Source: Chrysomallon squamiferum (Eukaryota; Animalia; Mollusca). Taken from it: a stretch of 64,000 nt of DNA. Every line of letters begins with the position of its first letter. The first letter of the stretch is position 1. The notes beneath the pieces are model-generated. The model had not been told where the DNA came from and did not search any database. It worked only from the letters and a program-made list of their open reading frames with translations. Where the stretch lies: positions 744,001 through 808,000 of the forward strand of contig CM022679.1 in NCBI GenBank assembly GCA_012295275.1. The letters are read 5' to 3'. Made by a program: the position numbers and the translations under genes. Shown here piece after piece: positions 1-14,731 of this stretch.

Positions 1-56
1 TGTGTGTGTGTGTGTGTGTGTGTGATTGTGTATGAATGCGTTTGAATATTCCTCTC

Positions 57-97
<41 letters not shown>

Positions 98-2065
98 TTT
101 TTGTTGTTGTTGTTTGTTTTTTTTGGTTTTTTTGTAAATGGTTAATGTATTTTATTTATTTATTTTATTAGTGTGTTCTCTCTCTCTCTCTCTGATTTCA
201 AGCTTGTATATATATATATATATATATTTAAAACATCTGGTTGCAATAGAAAGTCTAACAGTCGCTAGACAGGCCACGTATTATAAATAATTATGACGTC
301 ATTTAGCTGAAGATTAAGGTGACGGGTGCGAGTAACTAAATTATTTCTTCTTTTTTTTCCTGCATAACAACGAATTTTTAGCGTCATCTGCATAAATTCT
401 TTCTTTCTTTCTTTCTTTCTTTCTTCTTCTTCTTCTTCCTCTTCATCTCCTAACCTTTTATCAGAGTATCAAAGGCAGTGTGATATTGCCTGCCCTGCGG
501 TGAAATATTTTAATAATCTCGCTGTGTAATATTTTTTGAGGGTTTGCACTTCAGTGGCTAAATTACTCGCCGAGGTTTCGATGGGTCGCGAGATCAATTC
601 TTCTTGTTTCCCATTCCAACCAACGGGAGAAAACAAGAATCTGCTTCCATTTTTCCAATTCACCCATTTAGTTATATAATCATCGAAAAAAAAAAAAAAC
701 CTGCTGATCAATCAACATAAAATATTATCTTTACACAATGGTTTTTTTAATGTTATTTTTATATTTTTATTTTATTTTATTTTTTTTTTTTTGTGTGTGT
801 GTGTTTTTCTCCATCTGCTGACCGCTGAAGTTTATCAATGGTAGAAAACATCGCCTGCCTAGAGGCGGGGAGTGTTTTTAATAATGTTATAAGGTGAGAT
901 TTCTTAATAAGATTTATTTCAGGACTTTGTGTGTGGAAATGATGTCTTTCATGTGGAGTGTTATTACAGGTCGATGGAAGGATGTAGATGTGTTATTAAT
1001 GTGAGTCTACTCTGCGCGCCTCGGCTTTGTGTGCAATTACAGACTGGGAGTAAATACAGATACATGATACACACACGACTGCAGTTCTTTATATTTATAT
1101 TTATATATATATTTTCTCGTTAAAAGAAATGGAAAGCACGTATTGAGAATTCTACTGAGATTTAATTAAGAACAAGCAAATAAAGGAATGAAAGAATGAA
1201 TAGATGGACGGACGGTTGGACAGATTAATAAGCAAATGAATGAATTAATGAAAGAATGAATGAATAAAAATATCTGATTAAAAATATTTTAATATATTTG
1301 AACATTAACAAGTCTTTCTTGATATCAGTCAAAATAAAATAAAAATATATATATATATGTATATATATACGAAAACAAATCTAATACACGCTGTAACATT
1401 TATTGCAATTAATAAAGAGTAAACGATGTTTTAAACAAACGTATCGTTGTCTTTTGTAAGACGATCTTACTACACTGGCTAGAACGTGAATCAGCTGAAG
1501 TGAAGTATTAAGATTTGATCCCTGTCACCTGTGCACCTCAGCAGAAGCGATCAAACTGTTTAGTCTATTTCGAAATCTGTAGAAGTAAGAACAGCAATCG
1601 TAGTAGCAATAGTGTTAGATGTCGTAGTAGTTGTAGTAATTGTAACAGCTGTGTAGTACCTTTAGCAAAAGTAGTTTTATTAATAGTATTGTTGTTGCAG
1701 CAGTAGTAGTAATAGTGTCAGTACTAGTAGAAGTTGTAGTAGTAATGCTTGTTGAAACAGTGGTAGTAATAATACTAATAGCAGCAGGGGCAATTGCAGT
1801 AGTAATAGTAGTAATAGTTGTAGTAGTTGTTGTTGTAAGAGTGGTAGTAGTGATCGACGTTGCTGATGTTACAGTGACAGCGCGGCATCAAGTGTGATGT
1901 TTAGCACACTTGACACAGATATCACACGAAGCTGATGATGATGATGACGTACTCAGACCTCCCGTGACTCAAAGCCGAGTTTTTATTCCGTCTCCGGATC
2001 AAATCTTTTGTTTGTCACAATTCCTCTTGTGAAAGATTCAGAAAAAAACACAACAATAAACAAAT

Positions 2066-2390
2066 ATTGTTTTGTTTAACAACAGTGCTGAATACACTGA
2101 TTGATTTTCTATCAACAGCGATTGTATACCAAACAATTGTTTAATGATATCACCAGAATACACCGATTAATTTTCTATCATCTGTTATTTATGTCAAATA
2201 TTTGGTTAACAACATCACAACAATACATTGATTAATTTTCTATCATCAGCTGTTTGATGTCAAACGTTTGTTAATTCAGACATAATAATCTTCAGAGAAA
2301 TCCTGTTAATTTTTTATATTAAAAGCCAGAAATATTTTATATATGCACAGGACAACACCGGTCTTATAATTTGAAACACCAGCAGTTCAG
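2066..2390. mobile_element. Decayed interspersed repeat (probable SINE tail, minus orientation) with an internal ~66-bp segment present three times
   Basis: The segment AATACAYYGATT(A/G)ATTTTCTATCA...TGTCAAA recurs at ~2091, ~2157 and ~2222. The downstream 'aaatattttatatatgcac' resembles 'agatattttatatcaacc' in the 8030-8262 relic. The SINE assignment is inference from recalled gastropod repeats. Confidence 0.4.
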
Positions 2391-3379
2391 CATCAGTAAC
2401 TTACGTTACGTCACAGTTTGAGTTTCACTGCGTGTGAGACTGTGCACACATAAAACCTTGTTGACAACAAACCAGCGACTTGAAGTTTACTTCTTACATC
2501 ATCATTTATCATAGTAATACATAACTGAATAATTAATATTAAAATGTTTTGTGATTAATGTTAATACAGGTCACTTAATAAGTATTTTTATATTTGATAC
2601 TTATTTGTTTTAAACATTATGCCATACAGAATCGTTTTTCAAAAGTAAGTCCAGAAATTAGTACCAAGAACAAGAAATAACGCGAACTGTCCTCTGTCGT
2701 GGTTCGATCTCACATCCTCTCTGATATCTTCTATAACTCAACACTTATTTATACTAAAATAAAATATTTAAAGTTATTAACAAACCAGTGCAGGTGACAA
2801 GATTCGATCTCGCAGCCCAGCGCGCGCTCACGGCCCAGGTTCTGCCCTGGCTCTGCAGTGAAGCAGGCTGCTCGTGTTAAAAAGGAAACTGGTGTATTTT
2901 TGTGTTCGTCTTGCTCAAGTCGGATGAGTCATCGCGAGAAGAAAGCGGGGGGGGGAGAGATCGATAGACTGCAAAAATAAAACCGGCAGACACCGCAGAA
3001 TCCGTGACGGAGTTTGAGAATGAAAGCCGCGGTCTCCGGGGACTGGCAGGCAAGGTGTTGCTGTCGGCGCCTTTGAAATTTACCTGGTTTACTTTTCACT
3101 GAGCGGAACAACAGCTGTGACGTGCGTGTTACACACGTGTGAGTACTTGAACGTCGTGCGTGTCGTTGGTGATGACGTTGTTGTTTTTTCTCTCTCTTTT
3201 ACTCTGTTCAGGGTTGTAAGGGGATGTGTTTTATTTATTTATCGTTACCATCATTAATAATGTATTCATATGTTGTTGTTTTTTTCATCATCATCATCAT
3301 CAGTATTATCATCATCATGAGTATTATTGTATTATTATTACTGTCATTATTATTTTATTATTATTTTAACTATTATTTC

Positions 3380-3420
<41 letters not shown>

Positions 3421-4041
3421 ATTATTATTATTATAATTATTATTATTATTATTATTAATATTATTATTATTATTATTATTTCGTGCTGTATAATATTTTC
3501 GTTCACAGTCAGGTAACTAGCTAACTAACACTCATCATGTCAACAAACGACACTTTGAAATGTCAGTACAGAGAACTTTTTTAAAACGAAAAACTCTTTT
3601 CTCAAAACAAACAAAACAACAACAACAGAGGATTCTGTGTTTATCATTGTTATTCAGCATCCTCACGTTTGACAGGGGGAATTGTATTTAAACTGCTGAG
3701 TGAGTAGCTGAGACTGACGTAAATAATTCATGTAACCAGTGCTTGGTTTTATTGTGTTGCGTTCATAGCTTCCTGGACGTAGGTTGTTCTGCTAAAACGA
3801 GGTTTTCTAATTATGTTTTTGTGAATGGTGTGGTGCTGTTCTCGTCGTCTTCAACTGTCAGTGTTGTAGTAACAACAGCACACACGTCGGTGTTCAAACT
3901 GAGTCAACTGTTTGTTGGTTGGTTTCCCATTCTGCGTTTTGTTTCTGAAAATATCAGTTTGAGATTTATAACGTTTTATTTAATTTACTAAAGTAACTTC
4001 GTTTAACATTGTCTTTCTTCATTTTTTTCTTCTTCTTCTTC

Positions 4042-4078
<37 letters not shown>

Positions 4079-4125
4079 TACTACTACTACTACTACTTTA
4101 TTTATTCTAATAATATTGCTGCCTA

Positions 4126-4184
<59 letters not shown>

Positions 4185-5580
4185 GTAATTCTAACACAGT
4201 TTTATTTTTATTACTACAAATACTAATACTCCTGCTACTATCACTGTTATTACTACTATTACTACTACCACTACTACTAATAGTAAACTAGTGATTCTCT
4301 TTGTAGCATTACAATTACTACCACTGCTAGAAATCGACTATTACTAGGACTATTACGTCATCACTACTATTAATTCTGCTGTTTGTTGTTGCTTGTTGCT
4401 GTTGATGTAAGTTTGTGTAAATCTCACAATTCAGTGTTAGAGAATTCAAATGCCACCTTTGTTTTACATTATAAAATCACTTAGGATCATTAACAGAAAG
4501 AAATAAATGAAGGAAAGAAAAGACAGAATGAAAGAAAGTGAGAATGAACAGAAGATAGAACGAACAGACAAAAGAAGAAACTGCAGTCAGAAGTAAAACT
4601 CGTTTATTATTTGTTCACATTCTAACGCGATCAGTATTACTCTTTTTAGACAAACTTTTTTTTTTTAAAATAAACACTTATTAATAAATATTTGCAAAAA
4701 CAAGAACCATAATTTAATATTAAATTATTATATAAATTACTAAAAGAAATCTATTTAAGAAAACGTTTATAATAAAATATATGCATATTCCCACTAGTAA
4801 AATACATACAGCGACGTTTGATAAAGCTGTCCTGAGACTTTGGTTAGAACGGGAAATAACCGAAGAGGTCGAGAGGTCAAGTAACTGAAGCCAGTTATGA
4901 TAACTGAGTTACATTTCCTTCCTGCGCGCCTCATCAAATTATGACATTTCAGAAACGAACCATTTCAATTTTATCTTTCTCCTTTTTTTTTCTTCCTTTT
5001 TCTCAAGCATGTTCCTAACCTTCTAAAGAGTATTAATGCAATTATTTTCTTTACGAATCTTCGAAACTTTTCTGTCAGATTTGGCGAAGCTTAGCAGTGG
5101 AAAAGCGTGGTGAGTTTTATCACTGATAATTCTGCGTGGGCAAGCGGACGACCAATCAATGGAGCGAACCTTTGACATTTCGTTTGGAGCGCGCGCTGAA
5201 TCGAGTCTTGACGGTATCAGAATTTGATCAGAAAAAGAAAAAAATCAAAGATTGAACGCAAGTAGAATTGTCTGAGAGTCGGAGAGAAGTTCAGTACGTG
5301 AGATAAACAAAGCGTGAGATGATTGCTAACTCACTTTTATTTATCTTTCTCATTTTCTTTTCAGTTCTGACTTGTTGCTTTTCATATCTTTATTTTCTTT
5401 CTTTTTTTCTTTCAGTGTACTAAAAGTTAAATAAAAATAAAGATGATTTTTAACTCAGCTATATTTTTTCTTTCTCTATTTTATTTTCTTCTTTATTTCC
5501 TTTTTTCTTTTGTTTCCTTGTTTTTATTCTTTTGTTTCTTCATTTTTTTTTTAAACATATACAGCTAATAATTAAGTGTT

Positions 5581-5617
<37 letters not shown>

Positions 5618-5965
5618 TTTTATATTTATTTATTTATTTTATAATTTATTTTATTTTATTTATTTATTTATTTGTTTGTTTATTTGTTTGGTTTATTTAT
5701 TTATTTATTTATTTTTATTTACTTTTTTCTTGTAGCGCAGATCGACGTCTGCCATATATTAGTTATATCTGTGTGTTTTAACTCAAATTAAACAGTGAAA
5801 TGTCACTCACACTTACAGACAGACGTGCAGTTCACTAACAAAACGAAACACAGATGTAATTACTGTCACGTTCTCAAAGTTACGTCATGCTGACTAACTG
5901 TTTGAACACAGACTGATTACACTTTGTGAACAGGTTTTAGTTGTTAAATTAGATATAAAACTATA

Positions 5966-6660
5966 ACATACATACATACACACATATACACATACACACA
6001 CACACATACATACACACATATATACATACACACATACATACATACACACACACATACATACATACACACACATACTTACATACATATATACATACACACA
6101 CATACATACACACATATATACATACACACACACACATACATACATACACACACATACATATACACACATACATACACACATACACACATACATACATACA
6201 TACATTCACACATACATACACACACATACATACATACACATACATACATTCACACATACGTACACACATACATACATCCACACGTCCACATATACATACA
6301 TACACATACATGCACACACATACATACATATATACATATATACATACATACATACACATACATACATACATACATACATTCACACATCCACACATCCACA
6401 CATACATATACACACACACACACATATATACATACATACACACACACATACATACATACATACATACATACATACACACATACATACACACAAACATACA
6501 TACATACACCCACACGTACATACATACATACATACACATACATACATACATACATACATACACACATACATACACACAAACATACATACACACACACATA
6601 CATACATCCACACATCCACACATACATACATACTCTTACATACATACATACACTTACATA
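5966..6660. repeat. Compound (TACA)n/(CA)n microsatellite, ~700 bp
   Basis: Directly visible. It produces the MYVC/HTYI pseudo-ORFs in the track. Confidence 0.97.
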
Positions 6661-7356
6661 CGTATATACATGTATGTATTATATAAAAATGAACGTATAT
6701 ACATTAAACGCACGTTTTAAATAGATGTGTGTACATAATTATAATATTTCGTATGTATGTGTGTATGTTTTTATGCATATATGTATGTTTGTATGTATGT
6801 GTGTATGTTTGTATGTATCTATGTGCATATGAATGAATGTATGCATGTATGTATGTGTGTATCTGTGTACATATATAGGTTTGTGTGTATGTTTATATAT
6901 ATGTATATGTGTGTATGTGTGCGTGCGTGTGTTTGAGTATGTGTGTAAAATACAAAATATTGTTATGTAAATGACAAAATTAATTCATATTACTTATAAT
7001 ATTAAACTCTATTCATACGGTTTAATCTAGTAAAGCATTTTAAAGCGTATTCAGTATGAAGTAAGCATTCAAATCGTTATTAATAAAATCTATATTGTCT
7101 TTCACAACGTTTCGTCATTCACGGAAATTTCCGAACTCATTATTCAGTCGATTTGTGTTTCCAGCCCGAGGCGAGAAAACGCGAAACTTAAAGTGACATT
7201 TAAACAGTGGAACGATCTGGAATCAGCTTAAATATCCAAACATAATTAAAACTAATGAACAGTCTTTACAGCTCAGTTTGGATAACGTAGTTTACGAGAA
7301 ATGCTGCAATTTGATCTTATTTAATTTAATTTTTTTAATTAATTTTTTAAATTAAT

Positions 7357-7412
<56 letters not shown>

Positions 7413-7554
7413 TTTTATTATTATTATTTTTTTTAATTAGTATTATTATTAACTTTTTTTATCTTTTTTTTTTTCTTTTGTTGTTGTTGTCGGCATTGTT
7501 ATATAGATAGATATATATATATATATATATATATTTATTTATATATATATATAT

Positions 7555-7605
<51 letters not shown>

Positions 7606-8029
7606 TACATATATATATTTGTTTTACCAGTCTGTTAACGTTGTACATGAGGTTACATTTGTCAAAATATGCACTCGTGTCAACAAGTGATTATTAGATT
7701 AACGTTGTAGTAGCTGCTGATCAGTTTTCGGATGACGTTGTGCTCGAGGTGGTTTCGTGGTTATTAATGAATAATATACATGTATAAACACTCACCGAAG
7801 TGAATATTCACTTCCGGGTTATTCAGTAGTCGTTGTATTGTCAGACGTAACGATATTGTGATGATGTTGTGATGACGTCGTTGCTACAGTAGTTGTCATA
7901 GTTCTGTTCTATGAAATTTACTTGTAACAGTACGGAGTCTGAAGTAAAATGTTTGTTTGTATATATTCTAGACCAGGAAAGTGATGTTATTCTTTTTAAA
8001 AGTTTTATTTAGTGAATAACAGTTTTAAG

Positions 8030-8262
8030 GTCACGTAGAGTCGTACATAGAGTAAAAGAACATCCAGACCATGAGAGCGAACATTTCATGAGTTACTGTT
8101 TCCGGTCAGCAGCAAGCGAGATATTTTATATCAACCTTCCCACATTAGTTATGGAGTACTGACTGGAACGTGAAATAGTTTAGGCGGTCCACAAAGTGAG
8201 GACGATCCGACAATCCGTCACATGTAGAACAGACATTTTATCATTCAGCTACGCCAGATTCC
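8030..8262 (-). mobile_element. Decayed tRNA-headed SINE-like element
   Basis: On the minus strand it begins GGAATCTGGCGTAGCTGAATGA (A-box-like) and later has GTCGGATCGTCC (B-box-like). The body motif GGAGTACTGACTGGAACGTGAAATAG recurs in diverged form at ~4840-4860, ~11295-11310, ~12000-12022 and ~16152-16176. Confidence 0.5.
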
Positions 8263-8835
8263 TTTTTTTTTTTTCTTTCTTTTCTTTGCTAATGCCATGA
8301 AAGGCTCGCTAATATCTGCAGTGTGTGTCAGAGACTTGTATTTACCTGCACTTGTATTACGTGTGTGCCAGTTTGGCAGAAGTGAAAATATGTATAAAAG
8401 TGCTTTGTAGTGACGTCAGCAGCTACTTGAGAAAACGAGTTTTGAAAATTAAAATAACAAAATTATGCCACACTCTGGGAATGCTGTTTTATCTCAGAGT
8501 GAAAATTATCAAAAGTTTCTTATTAAATGGAGACTTTTTGGTTTTCAAGACTGAATTTATCTCTGCGCGCGCACGTATCGCATCAACTAACAGTACAAAC
8601 ATGTTTGTGTTAATTGAAAGTTCTTTTTCTTCTTGTTTCTCTGGTGATATCCAAAATCTGAACATGTTTTATAAACTTCCTCGAAAATTTTATATACATG
8701 GAATGATCCAAATAAAGTGTCAAGCTTATTTTCTATATTTCCATTTTCTATGTGATATTTTAAACTTTTACGTTATTACTTTTTATCACAGATCCCAGCC
8801 TTTGCTAATAATAATGTCTAACGATTTAATAAAGA

Positions 8836-8867
<32 letters not shown>

Positions 8868-9550
8868 GTTGTTGTTGTTAATGTTATTGTTATAATTATT
8901 ATTATTATTATTAATAAATGCATTTATACAAACGTTACATATAAATTAAAATGTAAAGAACAACATCAGTAACAACAACAACAACTACTATTACTACTAC
9001 TACTACTAATAATAATAATAATAATAATAACAGCAGTAAGAAAGAAAGAAAAAGAAAAAAAAGAAGATAAATACAGATGTTAATTTTGTTAAAATGATTT
9101 ATCTATTGTTGATGAAGCTACACAAGCAAAGTAAATAAATCGATGTCTTATCTATCAGTTTTTTAACATTTCATCTGAATTCGACGATGATTATAAAAAA
9201 TAGAAATAAACTTGTCACTGCGTTAAGACTCGAACCTGCGACCTATCACGTAACCGAGTTTACACTAGAACAGATCTGGCACACAGAAGCTTTATCTTGT
9301 GTGTGTGTATTCATAACATTTGTTTTTGAAGAAGTCGACTCAGTCTGGCCAACACCCGCGTATCTGGTCTAACACACACAAACATTGTCAGTTTGCCAAG
9401 AACTGAACTTCGTGAACAGAAATAATTACAAAAACATAATAAAAAAACAAAAAAAAGTTAGGGTAAAAATACGTGATGATGCAACTGAGCTGATTTCAGT
9501 TTAAATTTCTAACAGTAAATATTTGTTTTTTATGTTTATTTATATTTTTT

Positions 9551-9586
<36 letters not shown>

Positions 9587-10559
9587 TGCTGTACGTGTGT
9601 GTTTGTGTGTATTTATGTATTTATTTATTTATTTCTGTACATTTATAATTTTTTCTCTGTTTATTAAATATTTATTTATTTTTATTATTTTATTTGTACG
9701 TTAAGTTTATTTATTTATTTTCAGTTTTTGTTTTAGATTTCCTTATTATATTTTATTTCTAAGTATAGTAATATTTGCTTTTCTTATAATTCGTATTTGT
9801 AGTAGCAGTAGTAATAGCAGTGGTTGTAGTAGTAGTAGTAGTAGTAAATTTTATTTCGAATTATTTACGCATTTACTTATTTGTGTATTATTTTTAGATA
9901 AGATATACTTCTGTCTTTTTAGCAATACTTTTTTTTTTTTTTTTTTTTTTGCATTTCATAATTTCGGTGTTTTTCATTAACATATTTGGGGGGGGGACGG
10001 GAGGGAGTCACACGTTTACCTTGGCACCACCCTACAGCGACGTTTGAACCTCGACAGGAATAGTTACTTTAGTAATTACACGTCTATTTTTAACACGCTG
10101 CTTTGACAGATGGAGTTTTCGTTGAGTACGTTTCCGAGGCTGGACGCCTGCCAAGTGACGAACGCGTTTTGCTCGCGCACCGCCGAGATGCAGGAGAAGA
10201 AGCAAGCCACGTTTTTATGATAAATGTCCGCTTTTGGATACTGCAGCGAACACACCTGTGTAAAATGCAGTTAGTTCGCTAATAGAGAGAGAGAGGGAGA
10301 GAGAGAGGGAGGGAAGAAACAAGAGGCAAAGGTCGCCGTGATGAAGTAATGTAAAGCTGCTCGATTATTTCGTGAAAAACGTTTCGTGTTTGTGGGCGAA
10401 GGGAATCTACTGGTTTGATTCGAGTTACCCTGGATTCAAGGTAGGAGAGAAAAAGTTTCTTTTTGAATTGTTTCAAGTGAGACAGAGGGGTGAGGATTTG
10501 GGGATAGAGAGCTTTAAATCATCGTAGACATATATATCCATTTTTTTATATATATATAC

Positions 10560-10631
<72 letters not shown>

Positions 10632-10657
10632 ATGTGTGTGTGTGTGTGAGTGAGTGT

Positions 10658-10701
<44 letters not shown>

Positions 10702-10971
10702 ACGCGTCATTTAATTAATCTCACATTAAAAGAATTAAATCCATATTTCATATTTCATCAGTTTTAACATTACGAAAACGTTCACATCAAAAATCCAGAC
10801 AGTGAAAAGAAAACTGTTAGGTGACGAAAATCAATACCAGCTCACTGCTGTGAGTAACGTGTCAGGTACGACATAGGTGTGAGTAATTATCAGTGTACGT
10901 CAGCCGTTACTGCTCATTCACAGACGAATACACAAATTAAATAAATAAATAAAAATTCTTCTTTCAGCAGT

Positions 10972-11002
<31 letters not shown>

Positions 11003-12469
11003 TGTTTTAAAGAAAAGAAAAGAAAAAAATGTCAGTATTGTGTAAATTAAATCAGTTTAAATCTGTTAAATCTAATTAGCAGATTGTTGATAAAGGTTTA
11101 TTCTCGTAAAAGAAAACAACGCTGTTTCCGTATGTTAATGTCGTCTGCGACAAAAAAATAAAACCTTTTTTTTTTTAAAATTAAAAAATCTGAGATGAAA
11201 TCGGATATTACTTTACACTTTAGCAGAAAGAGATGTTTAACATTACTTTTCCATAAACAGGAGAATACAATCCATGACTGTATACATTGTGTGTTGTAAC
11301 GGGAAATAGGTAAATAACTGCACTGAGATTTGTATTTATTTATTTATTTATTGTTACTTTACATAATTTTTATTACATATATATACATATAAATTGGGTT
11401 TCTTTTTGCCTTTTCTTTTTATTACATGTTATTACTTGTTTCGTTTTTTCTATTTTCTTTCAGTTTTTATTTAGTATGGTACTTGTTGCTGTTTATCATT
11501 TTCCCATTCTTTATATTATCTTTCTGGTCATAGTTTTTATTCGTGGACATTCCATGTTTATTTATTTATTTATTTATTTATTTATTTGTATTTTAAAGTT
11601 ACTTACTAGTTAAAACGAGGCTCACATAACTGTCAGTTCAGACACGACTGTATTAGAATTGTCTTGAAAATTAAGCAGAAGTTGCCAGTACAGGGATTCG
11701 AAACCAGTACGTACGTCTTACGACAAATATCTTAACTGAGAGCAAGTAAATAGGTTAAGAATTTACTGGGGGGGGGGGGTATGAATACGTATCAAGCATA
11801 TATATATATATATATATATATCTTTTTAATATTCATTTCATAAATGTAAACTGTTACTAAATTATTTTTTTTAATTATTATTTTTGCTGCTGGAAAATAC
11901 AATCCTGCTAAAGTAACAACAACATTCTTCAAACGTTACTTTCACTAAAGTCAAACGGTAATAAATTCAACATTAGAAATATGATTTGTGCTGCTTCGGG
12001 AACTATCTAGAACGGGAAATAACATAAAGACCTCAACAACTATAAACATAAACAATACAGCCAGTAAATTAGGTAGTCTTGTGTCCCAGATAGACTGGTG
12101 TTCGTTTTATAAAACTGTCTTATAGCATCAGACTTCATTATGATTCGCAGTGATAACAAGTCTCTTGTCTCAATAGTTTTAACTCGGCTGAAATTGTCAT
12201 CTTCAGCCTGCGGGAATCGAGCAGCCTTGACCTTTCTCTCTACGAGGAGTGCATTAGCTACGTGAACCGTGCACGCGTGGAATGTACGTGCGTAATGTTT
12301 CTGAAGCGAATTCACCTTGCGGAATGTGCTCTGCGATTCCGAGTAGAAAGTTCAGCGTAAGATTTTGTTGTTAGCGGTGTTAAAGCGCCGAACATACCCG
12401 AGTTGTTTCATCTCAGCTACTAAACACGTGTGTACAGTTACCAGTGTACAGTTTCTCAATACAAGTGTG

Positions 12470-12915
12470 TTATACCTTACTAGTATTTAAAAATGTACTG
12501 TTTACGTTACTAGTATTAAAATGTTCATATTTTACAAGTAATTAAATGTGTATTGTTTACTTTACTAGTATTTAAATGCATTATTAACGTTACAACTATT
12601 CAAATATGCATTATTTACGTTACTAGTATTTACATGCGTATTATTTACGTTACTAGTATTTAAATATGTATTATTTACGTTACTAGTATTTAAATGCGCA
12701 TTATTTACGTTACTAATACATAATGTATACTTAATAGTGTATGGTTACTGAATGTAGTGTTTGTTATAGGTACTGAAACGTTACGTAACAAGCACTTACG
12801 TTACTTGAATTTAAGCGCATATAATTACGTTACTAGTACTTAAATTTAATGAATGTATACAATTATATTTTATTGTTACTAAAAATACGTGTACATTTAC
12901 GTTGCTAGTACTTAA
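12470..12915. repeat. 30-bp minisatellite (TTATTTACGTTACTAGTATTTAAATGCGTA-like) with degenerate flanks
   Basis: TTATTTACGTTACTA occurs at 12611, 12641, 12671 and 12701 (period 30), with more diverged copies on both sides. Confidence 0.9.
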
Positions 12916-13278
12916 AAATGAAGTGTTGCTGAATGCTTGAATATTACTGCTTTTTGAAAGTGTATAGGCACATAAAATACACAATTATTATATAATTACG
13001 TGAAAAAAACACACAGTAAAGTGAATGAATTCGTGTGTAAATTTACTTTAAGAATTGTGTCTACTCACTTAAAGTGTTTGTACTGTACTTGTATATGGGT
13101 GTAATGTATTAAATACTTCTTGTTTTCCGAAATTTAAAGTTCTGCGTCTGCTGAATGTAACAAGGTTGATGTGTACTGTTAAGTTAATTTATATACAGCA
13201 CAGATGAATATCGATTTCTGATAAGCTTCTTAATAATTATTAATGATTTATTTTCCGCTGGCTTCAGTTTTAGTTAAT

Positions 13279-13366
<88 letters not shown>

Positions 13367-14587
13367 CTCTATATCTGTGTCTGTCCGTCACTCTGTCTTT
13401 CTCTCATACCTTTTTGCTTCTTCTATATACCGTTTCAGCCTGTGCGTTTGACAATGTGTTTCAAAGACATTGCAACCAAGTTCAGTTTTCTTCTTTTAAT
13501 TCTGCATTAATGCAGTGTCACGCAAACGTTTATTGTTGTTATTGTTGTTGTTGTCGTCGTTTTTTGGAGGGCGTCAAAGAAAAGAAAAGAACAAAAGGCG
13601 TATTTAGACTCAAGAACATTTGTTTTTTTTTAATTTTTACTACTTGACTTGATCGTCCATCAGACTCGACTCGTTGTAATTTCAGGTTGTGTTTTGTGTG
13701 TTACAAAGGACTTGGATTCTAACCCGCCAGGAGAACTGTTTGTGCACCACGCGTCAGTTTGATCCAGTTCATCATCGCGCGGTCAGCGAGTAATTACGAC
13801 ATCAGAAGAAGTGAATAAAACTTTGGCTTTCCTTGAGACGCGTTTCACAATTGCATTGACGTTTAATTTTCTTCCGAGAATTCAGATTACTCTTCTGCTT
13901 TAAAGCTTTCTGTCTGGCGTTAACCGCGCGGAACAGAAAATCTACGATATTCCAGTCTCATTTTCTAGAGTCGAGGTCAGATGTAAAGGTCAAGGTCACG
14001 TTCTAAGGTGAACAGCGTAAGCCATTTGTCAAGTATTAGAAAGATAATTCGAATTCGATTTTTATTTTTTTTTTTTTATTATTATTATTATTTTTTAAAC
14101 ATCAAAAGCACCACCACCACCACAACAACAACAACAACAGAACACTGTCAGTAGTTTGGAGATGGAATTAATAGACTGTCGAAAAATGGATTATTAATAA
14201 CGTTTAAAATGAGAGGGGAGTGGATGAATGAAGAGGCTTAAGTGTAGGGCGAGGCAGAAGGAGATAGAGATGGAAGAGAAAGTAAAAAGGGGAAGGGCTA
14301 GGAGACTGGGTGTGATGAAGAGGGGGTCACAGACTTAGGGGGTCAGTAAGGAGACGAGAGAGTCAGAGAAAACAGTCTGAGACAGATAAACATTCAGACA
14401 TATCAACAGACACAAACAAAGAACTTTACAGCTCATTTAGTACAAAGTATTAATAATTCTTCATACTGACCGAGACTCGGCGTAATAAGCTTACAAGTAA
14501 TCAGATAATTCAGACAAAACCGTTCTCTAGTTGTGCACTACATAATGTACTTTTGTCCAAACATTCATGTTGCTGAACCTTTTTTTT

Positions 14588-14731
<144 letters not shown>

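Noticed and set aside
5894-6720. Several long ORFs (up to 220 aa; MYVC/HTYI)
   Set aside because: They are translations of a TACA/CA microsatellite. The same applies to the poly-I/L/Y/SL/ER ORFs throughout the track.
8325-8972. 215-aa ORF
   Set aside because: It starts at GTG, has AT-rich composition, runs into an (ATT)n tract and has no recognisable domain.
9221-9270. tRNA-like B-box sequences (also ~2700, ~11695, and an A-box at ~15838)
   Set aside because: No complete cloverleaf forms. At most these are SINE head remnants, so no tRNA gene is called.
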